A stretch of DNA of 61,867 nt, the filler included, from Platydemus manokwari (taxonomy: Eukaryota), in the NCBI GenBank assembly GCA_037951405.1. It is 5 parts of 5 records of this genome, joined end to end, with 100 filler letters (N's around TTAATTAATTAA, not from the genome) between each part and the next. Parts side by side here need not be neighbours in the genome. Positions count along the whole stretch, not along the records: positions 1 to 10,710 come from JBBMOY011111108.1; positions 10,811 to 24,308 come from JBBMOY011703622.1; 3 more parts are not named here. One strand, written 5' to 3'. Positions 1-14,041 of this stretch are shown piece by piece. Position 1 is the stretch's first letter. Each line of letters starts with the position of its first letter. A program made the translations under genes and the position numbers. Under the pieces are notes generated by a model that saw nothing but the letters and a program-made list of their open reading frames with translations, did not search any database and had not been told where the DNA came from.

Positions 1-428
1 TAAATGATTTGGTAAAACAAAAACTTTAAACAACTAAAAAACATGAATAACTTTTGACTCAGCCTAATATATATATAATTTTATTATAATTATATGTTAC
101 TAGATTTGTTAATGAACAATTTAAGTAATTCGAATAATTTAATTGATATAGCTATCGCTCACAATAAATATCATCGACATTCTGATCGACTGATTTGATA
201 TCCAAATGCAACTATAGTGCAGTGATTATGAAATTACGTAACAGTGATGTGTTACTTATTTTAGCTTGTATTAATATACTATAGGATTAATTTTTTTATT
301 ACTGTATTCACAAACTAGTATGACAATTACTTTCAATTCGCTTTAAGTTGATCATCAACATATCATTATGATAACGAAAATTTTGCTCTTGTATTGATTA
401 TATTAATTTCATTACATTTTCTGTTCAG

Positions 429-3400
429 AATGAGGCAAGTGAAAATAGATCAACGGAAGCTGCAAGACAATTCCAATACTCTGGTCGATTTAGCAAAGGT
501 AGATCGATATTATTATAATGGTATTTATAGTGGTTCGCATAATATAAATAATTTTGGATGAATTTTCAAATTGAGATGAAATATACGTGATGATTTTGCA
601 AATTAAAATTTATTTATTAAAATCACATCAGCGAATGGCGCTGTTGCCATAGTTTGCAAATGAAGAAATTTAATACTCTTACTGATATTTTCCATTCTAA
701 TGTCGACCGAACTTGGAACAATGAGAATTGTATATCCGTTCATGATAAATTATATTATTCAGTTTTGGAAATAAAAGGGGGAAGATGTCATTGATGACAA
801 TCACTTTTCCTTTCTACTAATCGATTTCGGAGATTATATGGAATCAATCAATTAATTTATAATTCGAATCCACGTTTATTTCATTCGTGTAGTCTAGCCT
901 ATAATTATACTTATTACGTTACCTTGTTTATTTCGCAACTCTAACCTTTGAAAGTATAGCAGTTAGTTATCCTATGTATTAGACGTAACATGTTATTAAA
1001 ACTACTTTAAAAGTCGATTAAGTTAATAATTATATTTATTAAGTTAAAAGAAAAACTCGTTTATTAAGTTTGTCTTTGAAATTCATCACTGGGAGCACCT
1101 GCTAGATTTTAAAATTAGATCATCTTAATTAGATCTTATTGATCAGATCTTATCGAGTATGGAAGTTTTCCATGAAAATACTGAGCCTTGGTATATTTGA
1201 ACTACCGTTTCAATATTTCAAGTACATGTAAATTCCTTCACAATTATACAAAGAGGATCCATTAAATATAGAAGTAAAGCACGATTAAAAAAAATGGTAA
1301 TTACTTCATAACGACACAGAAGCATGGCCTGACAAATTTGGTTTGTCATAAATCTATTAATTCGATTAAAATCCGAAAAACAAGAAAATCCAAAGAAAAA
1401 CAAATGTTGCCTATCAATGAAAATAAAAATTATCACATGAGCATGACATATATGTTTACACCCAAATAAAACCAATTGACTTTCGACGGAATTTCCCAGT
1501 CTGTTTGATGACCAGCTTATTGATTAATATCTCCAGTCATATTTGATAGAATGAACTTTGTTTATGACATAGGAGTAATTTATTTAGATTGCAATTATGA
1601 TTCATTATATTTTGATATTTTAATTGTCTTTTATGTGCGATAACTTTATAAAATTGTTTTTTTATTTCTTTCTCCTTAAATCTTTCATACTACTTGAAAA
1701 ATAAACTCAACTTAGTTCTCAATAATTTTCCGGCAAAATAATAAAATCACTACCTAAAAACACCAGACATTCTGATTATCAATTTTCTCTTCTTAATATA
1801 TATATAAATGTAAAATAATAATTTTCGCAAGTAATTTACGCTACCGAATTTCGTTAATAAATTGGGATAATAATTGCTCATAATTTTCGCGCTCAAGTAA
1901 TTACACTCCGATAATTATTTCCTTTAACCATTCCTGGACACCGTGGACACGGTGAAATTCTTTTCATAAATAGATATCAATGATAAATTTGGTATTTACT
2001 GTTTCGTAGAATGTTAAGAACATCGACAATTAAATCACATGAAACCGACATTACATTAGACTTGAAAAAGAAAATATTTTAAGCGAAATTTAAATAATTA
2101 ACCAAATATTATTGATTGGCCTGAGAAAAAAATTCATAAAATAAAAGGTAAATGGTAAAAGTAAAACAAACGATAATAAAAACAAAAATATAAATAAAGC
2201 AGAATTAAATTGTATAAAATAAAGTGTAAAAAATGTTAATATTTTTATTATTATTAATTATGGAATAGTAGAAATAAAATTATATCATAATGATAATAAC
2301 TAAAATGATGAGTAACGTGCAATAGAAAATGATAATCATTAAAATGTAAATGGAATATTAAATGATAAAAATAAATATAATAAATTGAAGAGACCGAAGA
2401 ACAGGAACATCAACTTTATGAAAAAACTAAGAATGTTGTACGATGAGAATTATAAAAGAAAGAAATCGATTTTGGCCGATATTTAATATTTTAAGAGAGG
2501 AACTCGCCAGACGGATCAAATAAGGTAAAAATTATGATTTTTACTTAAATTATTACTCTTGGTAACGCGTGTAAATGCATAAGCCGTAAAATATTCGTAA
2601 CAATTTGTAAGGAGAATTTGTAAACCACTAGCAAACATTTTATTATGAGGACTGTACCTAGCCAGTAGTAGTTTCTGTACTGGTATTTTGAAGGAATGTT
2701 CAGCACTGTGCTTTCGTTACTAAAAGTAAAGACAGTTTTTAAACCAGGATTGTAGCTTGTGTGACAAATTCTTTATAAAAAATGCAATATTAAATATAAT
2801 TTAATAACCAGAATAATGTATTGATTGATTCAGTACTAACCTATGTAGAGCAAAGTGCCACATTTAGGAATAAAGAACAAGTTGATTTTGAAAAATTCCA
2901 AACTGAAAACTGTTAAGTATTTTAATAAAGTGGTTTACTGAAGAATCTCAAAAATAATTTTTAAATTAAACATAATCTAAAAGATGAAAATCTTTCATTG
3001 ATAACGCCAATAATCTGATCGAATTAAAACTGAATGACTAAATAATTCTAATAAAGCCAGGATTTTCAATTATGATTTTCATTCTTTCTTTATTAATGGT
3101 ATAATTATTAAATACCTTTTCAATATTAGTCGAAAATTTAATTCCAAGCCAATATTCTTTACCGCGTAAGTTTATATATTTATTTATTGAAAAATAAAGA
3201 CCGGAACAATGTGTACCAAACCTTTGGTCGTGAGATAGTAAATAAAAATCAAGGAAAAAAAATCAAGAAACAACATAAACAATTCACCATGTAATAACAA
3301 TAAATTTATTTACAATTGGGAGTCACCAGTGATTCGAGGATCCATAATGGAAAATGAACCAGGCATTCACGTGTCATATTGATTCGAACCAATATTGATA

Positions 3401-6400
3401 TACAAATTCATTCAAATTTTGCATTGTTAATTCCCAGCATCAGTTCGAATTTATCAAAGGACCATTATTGTTAGAAGTCACCGCATTAGACGGATTTAAA
3501 GATTTTATTTTTATCGAATAAATCACCATTTAAATGAAATTGAAATCAAATTGAAAAACATTTTATTATTAATTTTCTTGTTTCACTGCATTTTCAAAAA
3601 ATAAATTATTAATTATCCCGCGTTTGTTTAAAAATGTTTTAATTGATTTCTGAAAACGAATGAAAATTACGAACGTCAAAAGTTGCTAATCATTCGAAAT
3701 CACTTTAACGGTAATTTGAGTTGTGAAATATTATTATTAAAGGATTTAAGTAAGAATTATTAAGTCAAGGTAGCTTAAATATTGAAAAATTGAGAGAGCA
3801 ATGAATTTGTAGAGTTTATGCAGAATTATTTGGCAATAAACATACAAAATAAATTTCATAACAATATTTAGGCATGATATTTTCATATCGAAACATAACA
3901 AGAGTCTTTTATAAAGCATTTTCGATCATGAGATTATTTCTGCAACATTGAGAACAATGATATAGCTAAAGGAATTGTTTCGGTGGTGATAATCTTCAAA
4001 ATTTGTTTCTTGGATTTTTCTGACAAAAAGTCCCCTCAAATGTACCTCCTAGTGTGCGCAACTTCTCATCTTTTAAAATGCAGAATACCGTGTACCACAC
4101 TCTTGAGATCTCGAAATCTTATCATTGATTTTTGAAAATTTCTGATATGATATGCCTTTGTTTAATAATAATCCTTAGAAACCCATACAAGGATATTAAA
4201 TCCATTATTATCCCAGCTGTGGAAGTAATAATTATATTAATACATCATAATACGGCGAAATATCTCAGAAATTTAGTAAATATCATGTCTCGAAAACGAA
4301 ATCATGAAATGATATAGGATCTCACAAAAATTACAAAGTTCCCTCAGTGATTTAGACGGTTTGGGTGTAACAAAATAAGAGATAAAATAGGTCGATTGTG
4401 AGATTAAAATTTGAAAAGTAACAGAAAACAAATTCAAGAAGTTGAGAGAATTAGATTAGTTACTTTTTATCCAATGTTTATTTATATATGATTATGCTCA
4501 TACATTTCTATTTTACAGTTTATTGAAAATCAATATTATAAAATGAGAACATTGTATGGAGAAACATATTCATTTTTGATGAAACAATTGGAACAAATAC
4601 AATGTACCTTTTTCTTCAAATAAAATCAAGATAATTTTGATAATCTTTTCAAGGAGATCATCCTTAGATTATCCTGAAAAAATAATTTTTGAAATTAAAT
4701 TTTCTTTTGTTAATACTTTTTTTATAATAAGGAACAATTATATTTCAAATAGTTAAATTTTCAGCTACCTAGCACTGCGACATACTTGTACACCGGACAT
4801 TTAAGAAAAATAAATTTTTATTTCCCAAAATCCAAAGTTACTGCCATATAAAAAATAAAATGATTGGATGATAAGCGAATATTATAAATTAAGAAAGGTA
4901 TAATTCGATTTGTTAATAAGTTTATACTGAAATCCATATGGTCGATCCTTGGCTCGACCATATCAAACTTCATTAATAACGCTCGGTTCATAAATACAGA
5001 AATAAAATAATCCAGAAATTTATCTACATTTCTAGAAGTTCTCAGAGATTTACAAACTTATTGGTTCGTTTAGAAAAATGAAAAGAATATTTCCACATTG
5101 TATTTTTTCAATCAATTGTTTATTTATTTTTTCTTTCAACTGGCTGTGTTTGATTGAAATGAAAGATATGCTCTGGGCGGTGTTTTGCAAATAGAATATC
5201 TGCTGTTTAATATGTCTAAAACTGAAGATTTTTCCTTCATTCGAAATTGCTGACATATTTTCCTTAAGTCGCCTAGAATAAACAAAACATATTGATTTTT
5301 TTTCCAAAATATCATTTCTGATTTTATTATTGCTTTTTTCCAATTATCGATTTGACACAGCAAATATATTGCCACACATTTAAATGACAACGAAATATTC
5401 AAACTACTTTTAGAAATTTGAATATGATATTCACTTTAATAAAAAATAATTAAAAAAACGCCTTTGGATGACCTCTGGAAATTTATTTCAATATCTTTTA
5501 GTTTTGCAAACAAAAATTTGAAAGTAATCTTGATAAATTTGATATCAAGTTTATCGTTGCATTTAAATTGCAAGACGAAATTTATTTTAAGCAAATAAAA
5601 ATGACAGCTGACTGAAGGGAGATTAAGCAACCATATTGACAACTGGATGACATTTGTATAATTCGATTGGTAGAATTTAAAAATAGATTTTGAAAAAGAA
5701 TGATAATCATTCCATAAAAAGAGATAAAGTACAATTTTATATGGACATCAGCTTTATAGAATTGCTTTACCATTAAATATAGTTAAATATCTACAGTGGC
5801 AAATTGAAATTAAGTTAAAGTATTTCATGATTTCTACGCAAACAAAATTGTTTTCATTCGAAGCAAAGTAATTGAGGATGTTGTCAATTACATAATGAGC
5901 TTAACTGTACTATAATTATGTTTAATAATATTTCTAAATCGTACTTTTACTGACGAAATATACTTTTCTTGATATTTCCCTACAGCAAATAGTTTTGTTT
6001 ATTGAAGCGCTTTAATCGATTTAAAATGATTTCACTTAAAAGATTGTCAACGAAATAAAATTGAAAGAACAGATATACCAATATCAGAGACCTTGAAAAA
6101 TTTACATAATAATAATACATCAAAATTCTCTTTGCATGTCACACACAGTTATATATGCATAATAATGTTGAAAGTTACGACTGAAACTTTAATTGAGTCC
6201 CAAAATTCAAAGATAAAAACATTTCACAATATATGGATTCTGACTCCCAAGCTGCCATATTTGCATCATAATTTATAAAGAGAAATTTACAAGTATTTCG
6301 TATGCTAATCTGATGATCTGCTTTCAGAATCCAGTTGTATTTATTGATTAATCATAACCAGGATTAATCGATCTCTCTGTAAGTGTAGTTAAATAATGAT

Positions 6401-9400
6401 GCATTTTATCAAATTGAAAACATCATTTTGTGCGGATTCTAATTGGTCATTTATTGTGCCGGTAAGACTCTGTAGTTATGTACATGTGTGTAAAATATCG
6501 AAACAGTAGTTCCAAGGGTAGTAGTGCCCCACATAATTTTGTGAGGAATTTTCTCATCTGTAAATATGCTTTTTTATCAGTTTATTAGCATGTTAATTTT
6601 AATTCTCTTTCTATTTAGACCCAGACCAGCATTTATGAGACAGTGACTGAGATGCGTATCGAACAGAACTATCTCCATCATACCCTGGAAATCTTAGATC
6701 AGAATCTTATAAAATTACAAGTGAGTTATTTTTTCACTGTGAATTATAAAGTCTCATTTTATTAAAGCAAAAATTTGTGACGCTTTTCCAGAGAACATGG
6801 CTAAATTGTTTGCCCTTTTAAAATGATCAACAAAAATTGTTTCACGCACAATGAAAACGGAAATTGGTCTGGGATTTTTTTCTTAGTGGTAGTTGTTGTA
6901 ATCATTGAAGAAATTTTTAAGGAAAATTTTTCGTTGGATGTATTTCTGGTTCAGGATTTTAATTATCCTCATTCTTTGAAAATAATTGTAATCATTTTTT
7001 TCGAAACGTTTACTGGTACGTTTAGGACTGACTGCTTGCCATCCATTGGTAGACGAATTTGGGGTCTGTTCGCTTTGTATAGATCGACTATTAAAAATCG
7101 AACTACTAATAATAAAAAATTTTCCTTTGATCATCAAAATTAAAACTTTTATACTTTACTACTTCTTTACAGAAATGGAGATATTTATATCGACCTATGT
7201 GATATACTTACGTTTAATTATCTCTATTATATGCAAATGCTTTATGAATAACAAAATTATGAATTAAAATAGTTGGAATCAATTTTCTTTTTTAATAAAA
7301 CAAATTTCTCACCTCTTTTTACCATAAAATAGATGGAACTAAATAATGTTTAATATAAAAATCTTCTACCATATTAAATTTATATAATAGATAAAATATC
7401 ATACAAAGATAATGAAGAATATGCTGCTGTGGTTCACACTGTGATTATAAACCGCAGATTAACAAAAATAACGAGAGAAAATATTATATCTCACTGGTGT
7501 TGATTCAGATGAAGAAATCATACAAGAATCATGATATTTCTTTAATTTATTTTACTGGCTACCATTGTGGTTGTATTTTGTTGTGCATCTGATATGGTTT
7601 TATTTAGAAAGTTAAGTAGTTGTGCTTTCTTAGGGGATTTTTATGCTATTCGATCAACATAAGTATATATAAGTATATAAGTCTTTAGAAACTATATAGC
7701 CACTGTTTATTAACGTCTAACCGACATTTAACCTAGGAAACCGTATATCACTTATTAAATCCAATTTTGAATTTATATCTCACTAGAAGTTATGAAAGCA
7801 AACAAAATCGTCAGTTAATATGATATAACAAATTTGGTTTTAATAATAGACCATTTCTCTAACTCGGGCATGGATTATATTTTTTCATTTAGATTTAATT
7901 ACAGCATTAATATTTAAAAGAATTTTTAAAATGAAAATATATTTAAAATCAATAAAAAATCAATAAAAACCTGCAGTATAAATGCTTCAATTAAATTCCC
8001 TTCTCATTTGTAACTTGGAAGCATTATAGGCTTACTATGGAGTTACAAAATCCAGCCGTTAAATTCTTTATCGAAATTAAAAGATCCGTTAAAACTTAAT
8101 GGACAGACGAAACAGATTTTGTCATCAAGATAAAACAAAATAAAAATGAAAGGAGTATTTAGGGATTCATTGTTTGATTTCATTACTTGAGATGCATTTT
8201 TTCGCTTAAGATATTTATTTTACCCCTATATATATTCAGCAATAACATTGTCAATACCAGCTCACTTATATCAGATTTCTAATAATTGAAATTATGAAAA
8301 AATAATTACAAACGTTATTTTCTTAAGAAAAACACAAACAATTAGCGACAAACAAATGAGTATAAATCCTGGATAATCCATCGACATTATTTACTTAATT
8401 CTTCTTCAACAATTATCAATGGATTTTCATAAATCTTTCGATCTGTTCTCAATTTAACAAGTTATTTCAGGGATTATAGAATTAAAATTAATTATTAAAT
8501 TATTATTTCAGATTGAGCATTAGCTCAGACTTTTTTTAATTATTCTGCCAATCGATAAATGTGTGTGTGTTAAATTTAAAAAGGATTTAAAGCTAATCCA
8601 AACTAAAATTCGAATAAGAAATAAATTGTTTCAACGTTATAATTGCAACCTTTCCCAACAAACGGTTGAAAAAACTAAGAGAAAATCGTGCATATGATTT
8701 TATTGGTTTTATATTCATAAAAATGGTTAAAAGGAATCCATACTGCGTAGAAGGTATTTCCTCCTCAATTTCACATAGTTTTAATCAACTGATCCCGTCA
8801 TCTTTGATGCCAAAATTCATCAAGACTTGGCCTTGACATTCGGGATAATAATATAGATTAACAACAACATAACCAACTAGTCATACCCGACATTGAGTTA
8901 CTGCACCTCATTCTGATTAAAATAAATAATTGTTTTTTAATTTTTTATTCCACTGTTTTTCCTTAAGAAATTACTTAATTTTAAACGTAGATTAATTTTA
9001 AAAAAAAAAATAAGATAATTAAATTAAAATCATCCAATGATAATCAACTACATGTCTCGATTCGATTGGAACGTTGTGTCAAAATTTCAAAGCCTTCGGT
9101 GAAAAATATTCAGAGTTTTTGGATTTTTAGCAAACACCAATTTAAATTTTTATTTTTATAAATATAATGATACCAAATTATTCGATACAAAAGTGTGAAG
9201 ATCAAATTACCAAATGTACACGGGATCATACTAAATCAACTGATTTAGTTGAAAATATCATCTCTTCTCAATAACGTAATCTTTTGTCATGCCATTTTAA
9301 TTCTTTTATAAGATTTTGGAGATAATTGGAAGAATTGGCAATGAAATTTGATAATCAAATAATTAACAGTTGTCATAGATTCATATTCTATTACGTAATT

Positions 9401-9605
9401 TAATTGAAACATTTTTAGATAAAAGAATATGATTAAAGATAATGTGAACGCTTCTTATTTATATGCAATATGTGCTATTGGTGTATAAAATTTATCTGTC
9501 AACCTTGATTTATCAATGTGGATTATATTTATAATTCTTTTCATTATTTTTCAGGATTGTATCGAAGGTCTACCGAGAATCATAAGCAATAATACCATCA
9601 TCTAA
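429..9605 (+). CDS. SK: Small-conductance Ca2+-activated K+ channel (SK/KCNN), 3' part; exons 429-498, 6619-6720, 9555-9605
   Basis: Hand-spliced AG/GT exons give [24 protein letters not shown] | TQTSIYETVTEMRIEQNYLHHTLEILDQNLIKLQ | DCIEGLPRIISNNTII*. This matches the KCNN calmodulin-binding domain and coiled coil ([26 protein letters not shown]...ALPGLIS). Upstream exons lie outside the window. Not in the ORF track. Confidence 0.88.
792..1535 (+). mobile_element. Degenerate Gypsy-type LTR retrotransposon remnant: candidate LTR 792-1088 plus gag/protease debris, in an SK intron
   Basis: TGATGA...TCATCA termini followed by cTGG (PBS-like). Then gag-like MEVFHENTEPWYI*, WPDKFGL and LSTEFPSLFDDQL, typical of the protease-RT junction. 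Heavily deleted. Confidence 0.5.
3197..3500 (+). pseudogene. Decayed cadherin-repeat fragment inside an SK intron
   Basis: With frameshifts: KTGTMCTKPL(D)REIVNK...NINNSP...WESPVIRGSIMENEPGIHV...LLLEVTALDG. These follow the cadherin motifs TG-I-T-LDRE, DxNDNxP, I-EN and V-A-DG in order. Confidence 0.55.
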
Positions 9606-10710
9606 AGACCCGAATCAATATCCAAAGACATAATTATCACGCGACATTATTAGCGAAACAATGGTGTAAGAATGTCACCGAATAATATTCAAGCTTCTAG
9701 TCTTAGTATTGATATGAATATAAATTCTTCAACTTTCAGCTCAAGCTAACTGCCATCATTTATTAGCATTATAGAGATTGATATATCACCGACTTATATC
9801 ATACTATTCTTTCAAATATAATCAATTTGTTGCACTTTTACAGTTCGTTATTAAGATCAATTTTTTATTAAATTAAATATTAAAAAATCGAAAATTTTCT
9901 TGTTTTAATTGACGAAAAATTAATCGATGGAAAAAAGATTATTTTAAAAAAAACAATTGGATTTTTTGTACAAAAATACTTCTTTTTCGTGTTGTTTGTT
10001 TTTGTCAAACTGGTTGATAATGAATGAACTATTTAAACTGTTTAAACAAAAGCAAACTGAAGAATTGTCGACATTTACCAATCAATTCTATTTTGATTTA
10101 TTACAATTGCATTTCTTTTTGTTTTACAGTTGTTTGTTTTGAAAATTGAATTTTTTCATTGCAAATTTTCGTCACATTTTTGGTGGATTTTCATTTCGAA
10201 AATAGCTGGACGTGTACAAGGTTTACGTTTTGTGTTCAGTTTAAACACTATTGATATAGAAGGTTTTGTGACCTTAAATGTGATAGAAGAGGGGTTTCGA
10301 TGAATAACTTACTGTAGAGATTATAATATTCTCATTGATTAAATTAAAAAATATCAAGCTTTTAAACGAAACCCTCATTTCAACAAAGATATTATGAGAT
10401 TTCATTTATGACTTCTAGTTTGTGAGGTTTATTTTAAAATACGATAAATAATTAAAATTTCCATAAGATTAAAATTATAAAAAATTGAGTTAAAAGATAT
10501 TTAAAAAAAAATTTAAATAAATATACTCAATTAATATTTATAATATGATCTTGTTTATAAAATACTTTTAATCTCTCAATTTTAAAATTATTAAAATTAC
10601 TAAAAATCTTTTAAGTAAAAAAAGATGTAATATAAAAATGTAGACATTCTTATTTAAATTAAAAACGAAAACAAATCAGATGGAAATAAATTTTAAAATT
10701 GGTTTGAAAA

Positions 10711-10810
10711 NNNNNNNNNNNNNNNNNNNNNNNNNNNNNNNNNNNNNNNNNNNNTTAATTAATTAANNNNNNNNNNNNNNNNNNNNNNNNNNNNNNNNNN
10801 NNNNNNNNNN
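10711..10810. other. Assembly spacer N44-TTAATTAATTAA-N44
   Basis: 100-nt linker with stops in all six frames; same design at all four gaps. Confidence 0.98.
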
Positions 10811-11380
10811 CGATTAATAAGCAATCAACTACTGGACGTAGCCAAGAGAAATGTGATAATAGGTTCAATCGCAAGAGAGAATCTATGATATAAGTTGTGA
10901 GTTATCTTGGTTAACCACTTAATCATTGTCTTAAATAGATATTTGTTTTATTTTCAAAACTTTCAATTATCTAAATTGCGATCAATTTATTAAAAATTTG
11001 CCTCAAACCAAACTTTATGACATAAACAAGTTTTTTTAATTTGACAGTAAAATTAATTTGCAAAAAATATGATTATTCGAAAAACCAAATAATAAACAAT
11101 ATTTATTAATATTGTGACAAATAACTAAGTGTATTGAATTGGTATTTTTATATATGGCTTTTAACTTTTTATAAAATTCTTTTTTTGATTTATGAATCGG
11201 TTGGAAAATATTGAGCACACCCGGTTTGATCTGTATTTCAAAAGAAATCATAGGACTCATGGTCATGGTTATTCACCAAAGATTATAGTAGGCAATCACA
11301 AGACGCATAAAACCATGGATTCAGTTTTGTTCATTGCATATGTGTTTGAATCAAGTAGTAGTAGCAGAACTTAATTAAAA

Positions 11381-12290
11381 TCAATAAAAAATAACAATAA
11401 GAAGTAAATTGGTTAGTATCGAATTTGATGAAACGGTCAAAGCAATTATTGTATTTCATTTCATCTTTCCCATGTTTTCAATGGTTTTCAATGTCAGTTG
11501 AGATCAATCTCTTTCGTAGAAGACACCACCCTGATCAGTTTATTTCTAGTTTTTATTATCAATAAACAATGTACGAACGATGAAACAAAAAAGGTATTAC
11601 AAACTACAGTTATCATTTCTTCATTGATAAATTGCTTTTTAGTGTCGGTTTTTGCTCGAAATTGATATTTGTTATTGATGTTTCACCATTACTATTTATT
11701 ATTATATCATCATTGGTCCAGGGGAAATAATAATTTTAAGTTCAATGAAACGTTCAGAAATATGATGATAATTAAACGACCCTACCAAGTATGCATCAGA
11801 AAAAGCCACCGACAGTCATAGAAAAGTAATCGTTATAAGCTGGGATGTATTTTCTGAAAACAAGAATTTTCTTCTTAATATATTAAAATATGGAAGTTGT
11901 GCACCCGGTCATATTACTGCCATCTATGTTGATCAATCCGGCAAAGATGCCAATCATCCTCTTTTGCTCACTCAAAGATTTCACATAAACGTAGGCACGA
12001 ATGTCTGCATGATCCTACTATTGCCGTCATATTAGAATACATCTCTATCGGAATCAATAGCGCGCAGGATATCTCAAACTCCATTTGATGTCAGTTATCC
12101 ATATTTTACTTCTACCATACTTATAGATGGAATAGGCTTCAGTAATGTATACATTATCGTGAGAATCCAGTAACCCAATTTTCATTATTAAGCCAGTCTT
12201 GTGATTTATGCATTATTTGAAAACGTCTCCCTATAACCAAAGCGAGTCACACACTATCTTCATCACAACTCGAGTGAACTTTGACCACTA
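11381..12290 (-). pseudogene. Decayed cadherin-like fragment: several EC-repeat motifs and a hydrophobic TM-like segment
   Basis: Minus-strand pieces, with stops and frameshifts: TIVVKVHSSCDEDS, INHKTGLIMKIGLLD, LRAIDSDRD..GNSRI, FSENTSQ, INSNGETSITNINFEQKP, TDQGG, then IIALTVSSNSILTNLLLIVIFY. Confidence 0.45.
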
Positions 12291-14041
12291 TTGTTAGTAG
12301 ATAATAAGTCACTGTGCTTAGAATAATAATAATGGATTTTAATGGGAAGATCCCGATCAATTCGAGAATTGCCTAGCATCATTGTGTGTAAAATAAATGA
12401 AATGAAATAGGAACAGATACATGGAAACGATGAAATAATGGAACAAGTACATGAAATACTGTTTAGTGGAGCAACACTAGCAGTACCTCAATTAAAAATA
12501 TCGATTCAATATTAGCAGTATACATGAAGTGTCAAATGAATCCTCCAAACTCAGAGTGAAACACAAATCATTTGTACAGTATCCAATTCACCAAGATATG
12601 ATTACGAGAAACGAACTTGAAAAATTATCCGCATTGATATTATGTACGAAAAAACAGTAAAAAAAGTAAATCTGGAATTAAGAAGTTGTATGTTAGACAC
12701 AAAAGAGGAAAAGCACATCGGCAATATGGTCTTGAAATTGAGAAACTTCATAGGCATTTTGCCGTCGAACCTTGAAAAGTACTTAAAATTCATACTAATA
12801 TAACAATTCTGTATCATCTATAAAATTTATTTTAGTATGTTTGTACATATTCGTTGCGTACTTAAGTATTTCTAGTATTACATGTATCATTCGTATGTAA
12901 AGTCGTATTTTCGAGGATAAAAGATCTTAAAGGTGGTTGGTACGTGGAATTCTGATTCCTAATCAAAAATGCATATAAAATAAATCAATAAAGTGAAATA
13001 AAATTTTTCAGGAATTTAAAATTTTTTCAAAGTTTTATAAATTCTTAATTAAGCAATCAACCTAAGTTGAGCTTTGCTAATTAAGGAATCGAAACAATGT
13101 TATTACGTGGTAAAACAAGAAACAAATCAAAATTAAGCTCATAGTCTCAAGTCCTTGTAAGAAAAATCAGACTGTTTCTTCTTGGAATGAAAGCAACAAA
13201 GACATGCATAGAAAGAAAATCAGTTGCTTACTGACGGTCTATAAAGAGTCCAGAAACAAAAACAGTATAACTATAATGGATAGCATTCTATTTAGAATTT
13301 TGCATAAAAATTGACTTCAAAATCTCAGTCAAAATATTGTAAAGAAAGCAGTGTTACTAAGCAAAATTGTAAATCCCTGATGAAATTAGTGAAAGCAGAA
13401 GAGCTAGAATTAACCATCGTTATTGCATTAAGAAATTCAATAACTTATTATCATTCCTAAAAATTTCCGCATTCTCAATCACAAAAATTACAGTACTCAA
13501 ATTTTCATTACATGGTCAATTGAATCAATAATATCCCTATATTTATTTTATTACATCTCGGAATTCCAATTGCTATTATACAACCAATGAGTAACAGTTT
13601 TTGGTTTTCACTAATCAAACAGATATATCATAGAAAAACTTTATTGATTAATTCAAAACCATTAAGGTTAATATAGCTCTCCACTATTTGGAGCTTTTTT
13701 TTATTCATGGGTGTTTGATGTTCGATTGTTAGCAAGACCCGCGGTTGAGTGATCTGAAAAGTCTAAATTCAATAAGCCTTTATAGGCTTATTTGTGAGAT
13801 TTCGTTTATTATTGATTTCATAACATTATTTGGTGCTTAAAATTTCCGAGTAAAATTTAACATTGTTACTTAATATATTGTGGCATATATTTTGGAGTCA
13901 GATATTGACTACATCTTATTTTTTATCAAGATTGTTTCTTCAAGATATTTTATTTTTAAACCTTTAAATCAGTATTTGCAATTATTACATTTTGCTTGTT
14001 TATTACTTTATTAAGGATATCTTTTTCACAATTCAACGTTA

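Noticed and set aside
6823-7267. Three overlapping ORFs in the SK intron, one with a GWQAVSPKR motif like LINE ORF1
   Set aside because: No domain or splice support; at most TE debris.
10755-10766. TTAATTAATTAA palindrome repeated four times in the window
   Set aside because: Always centred in 44+44 Ns; an artificial linker, not biology.
12927-13450. TTAA-AGG start suggesting a Kolobok/piggyBac end, with a weak HTH-like translation
   Set aside because: No matching opposite TIR found and the protein similarity is too weak.
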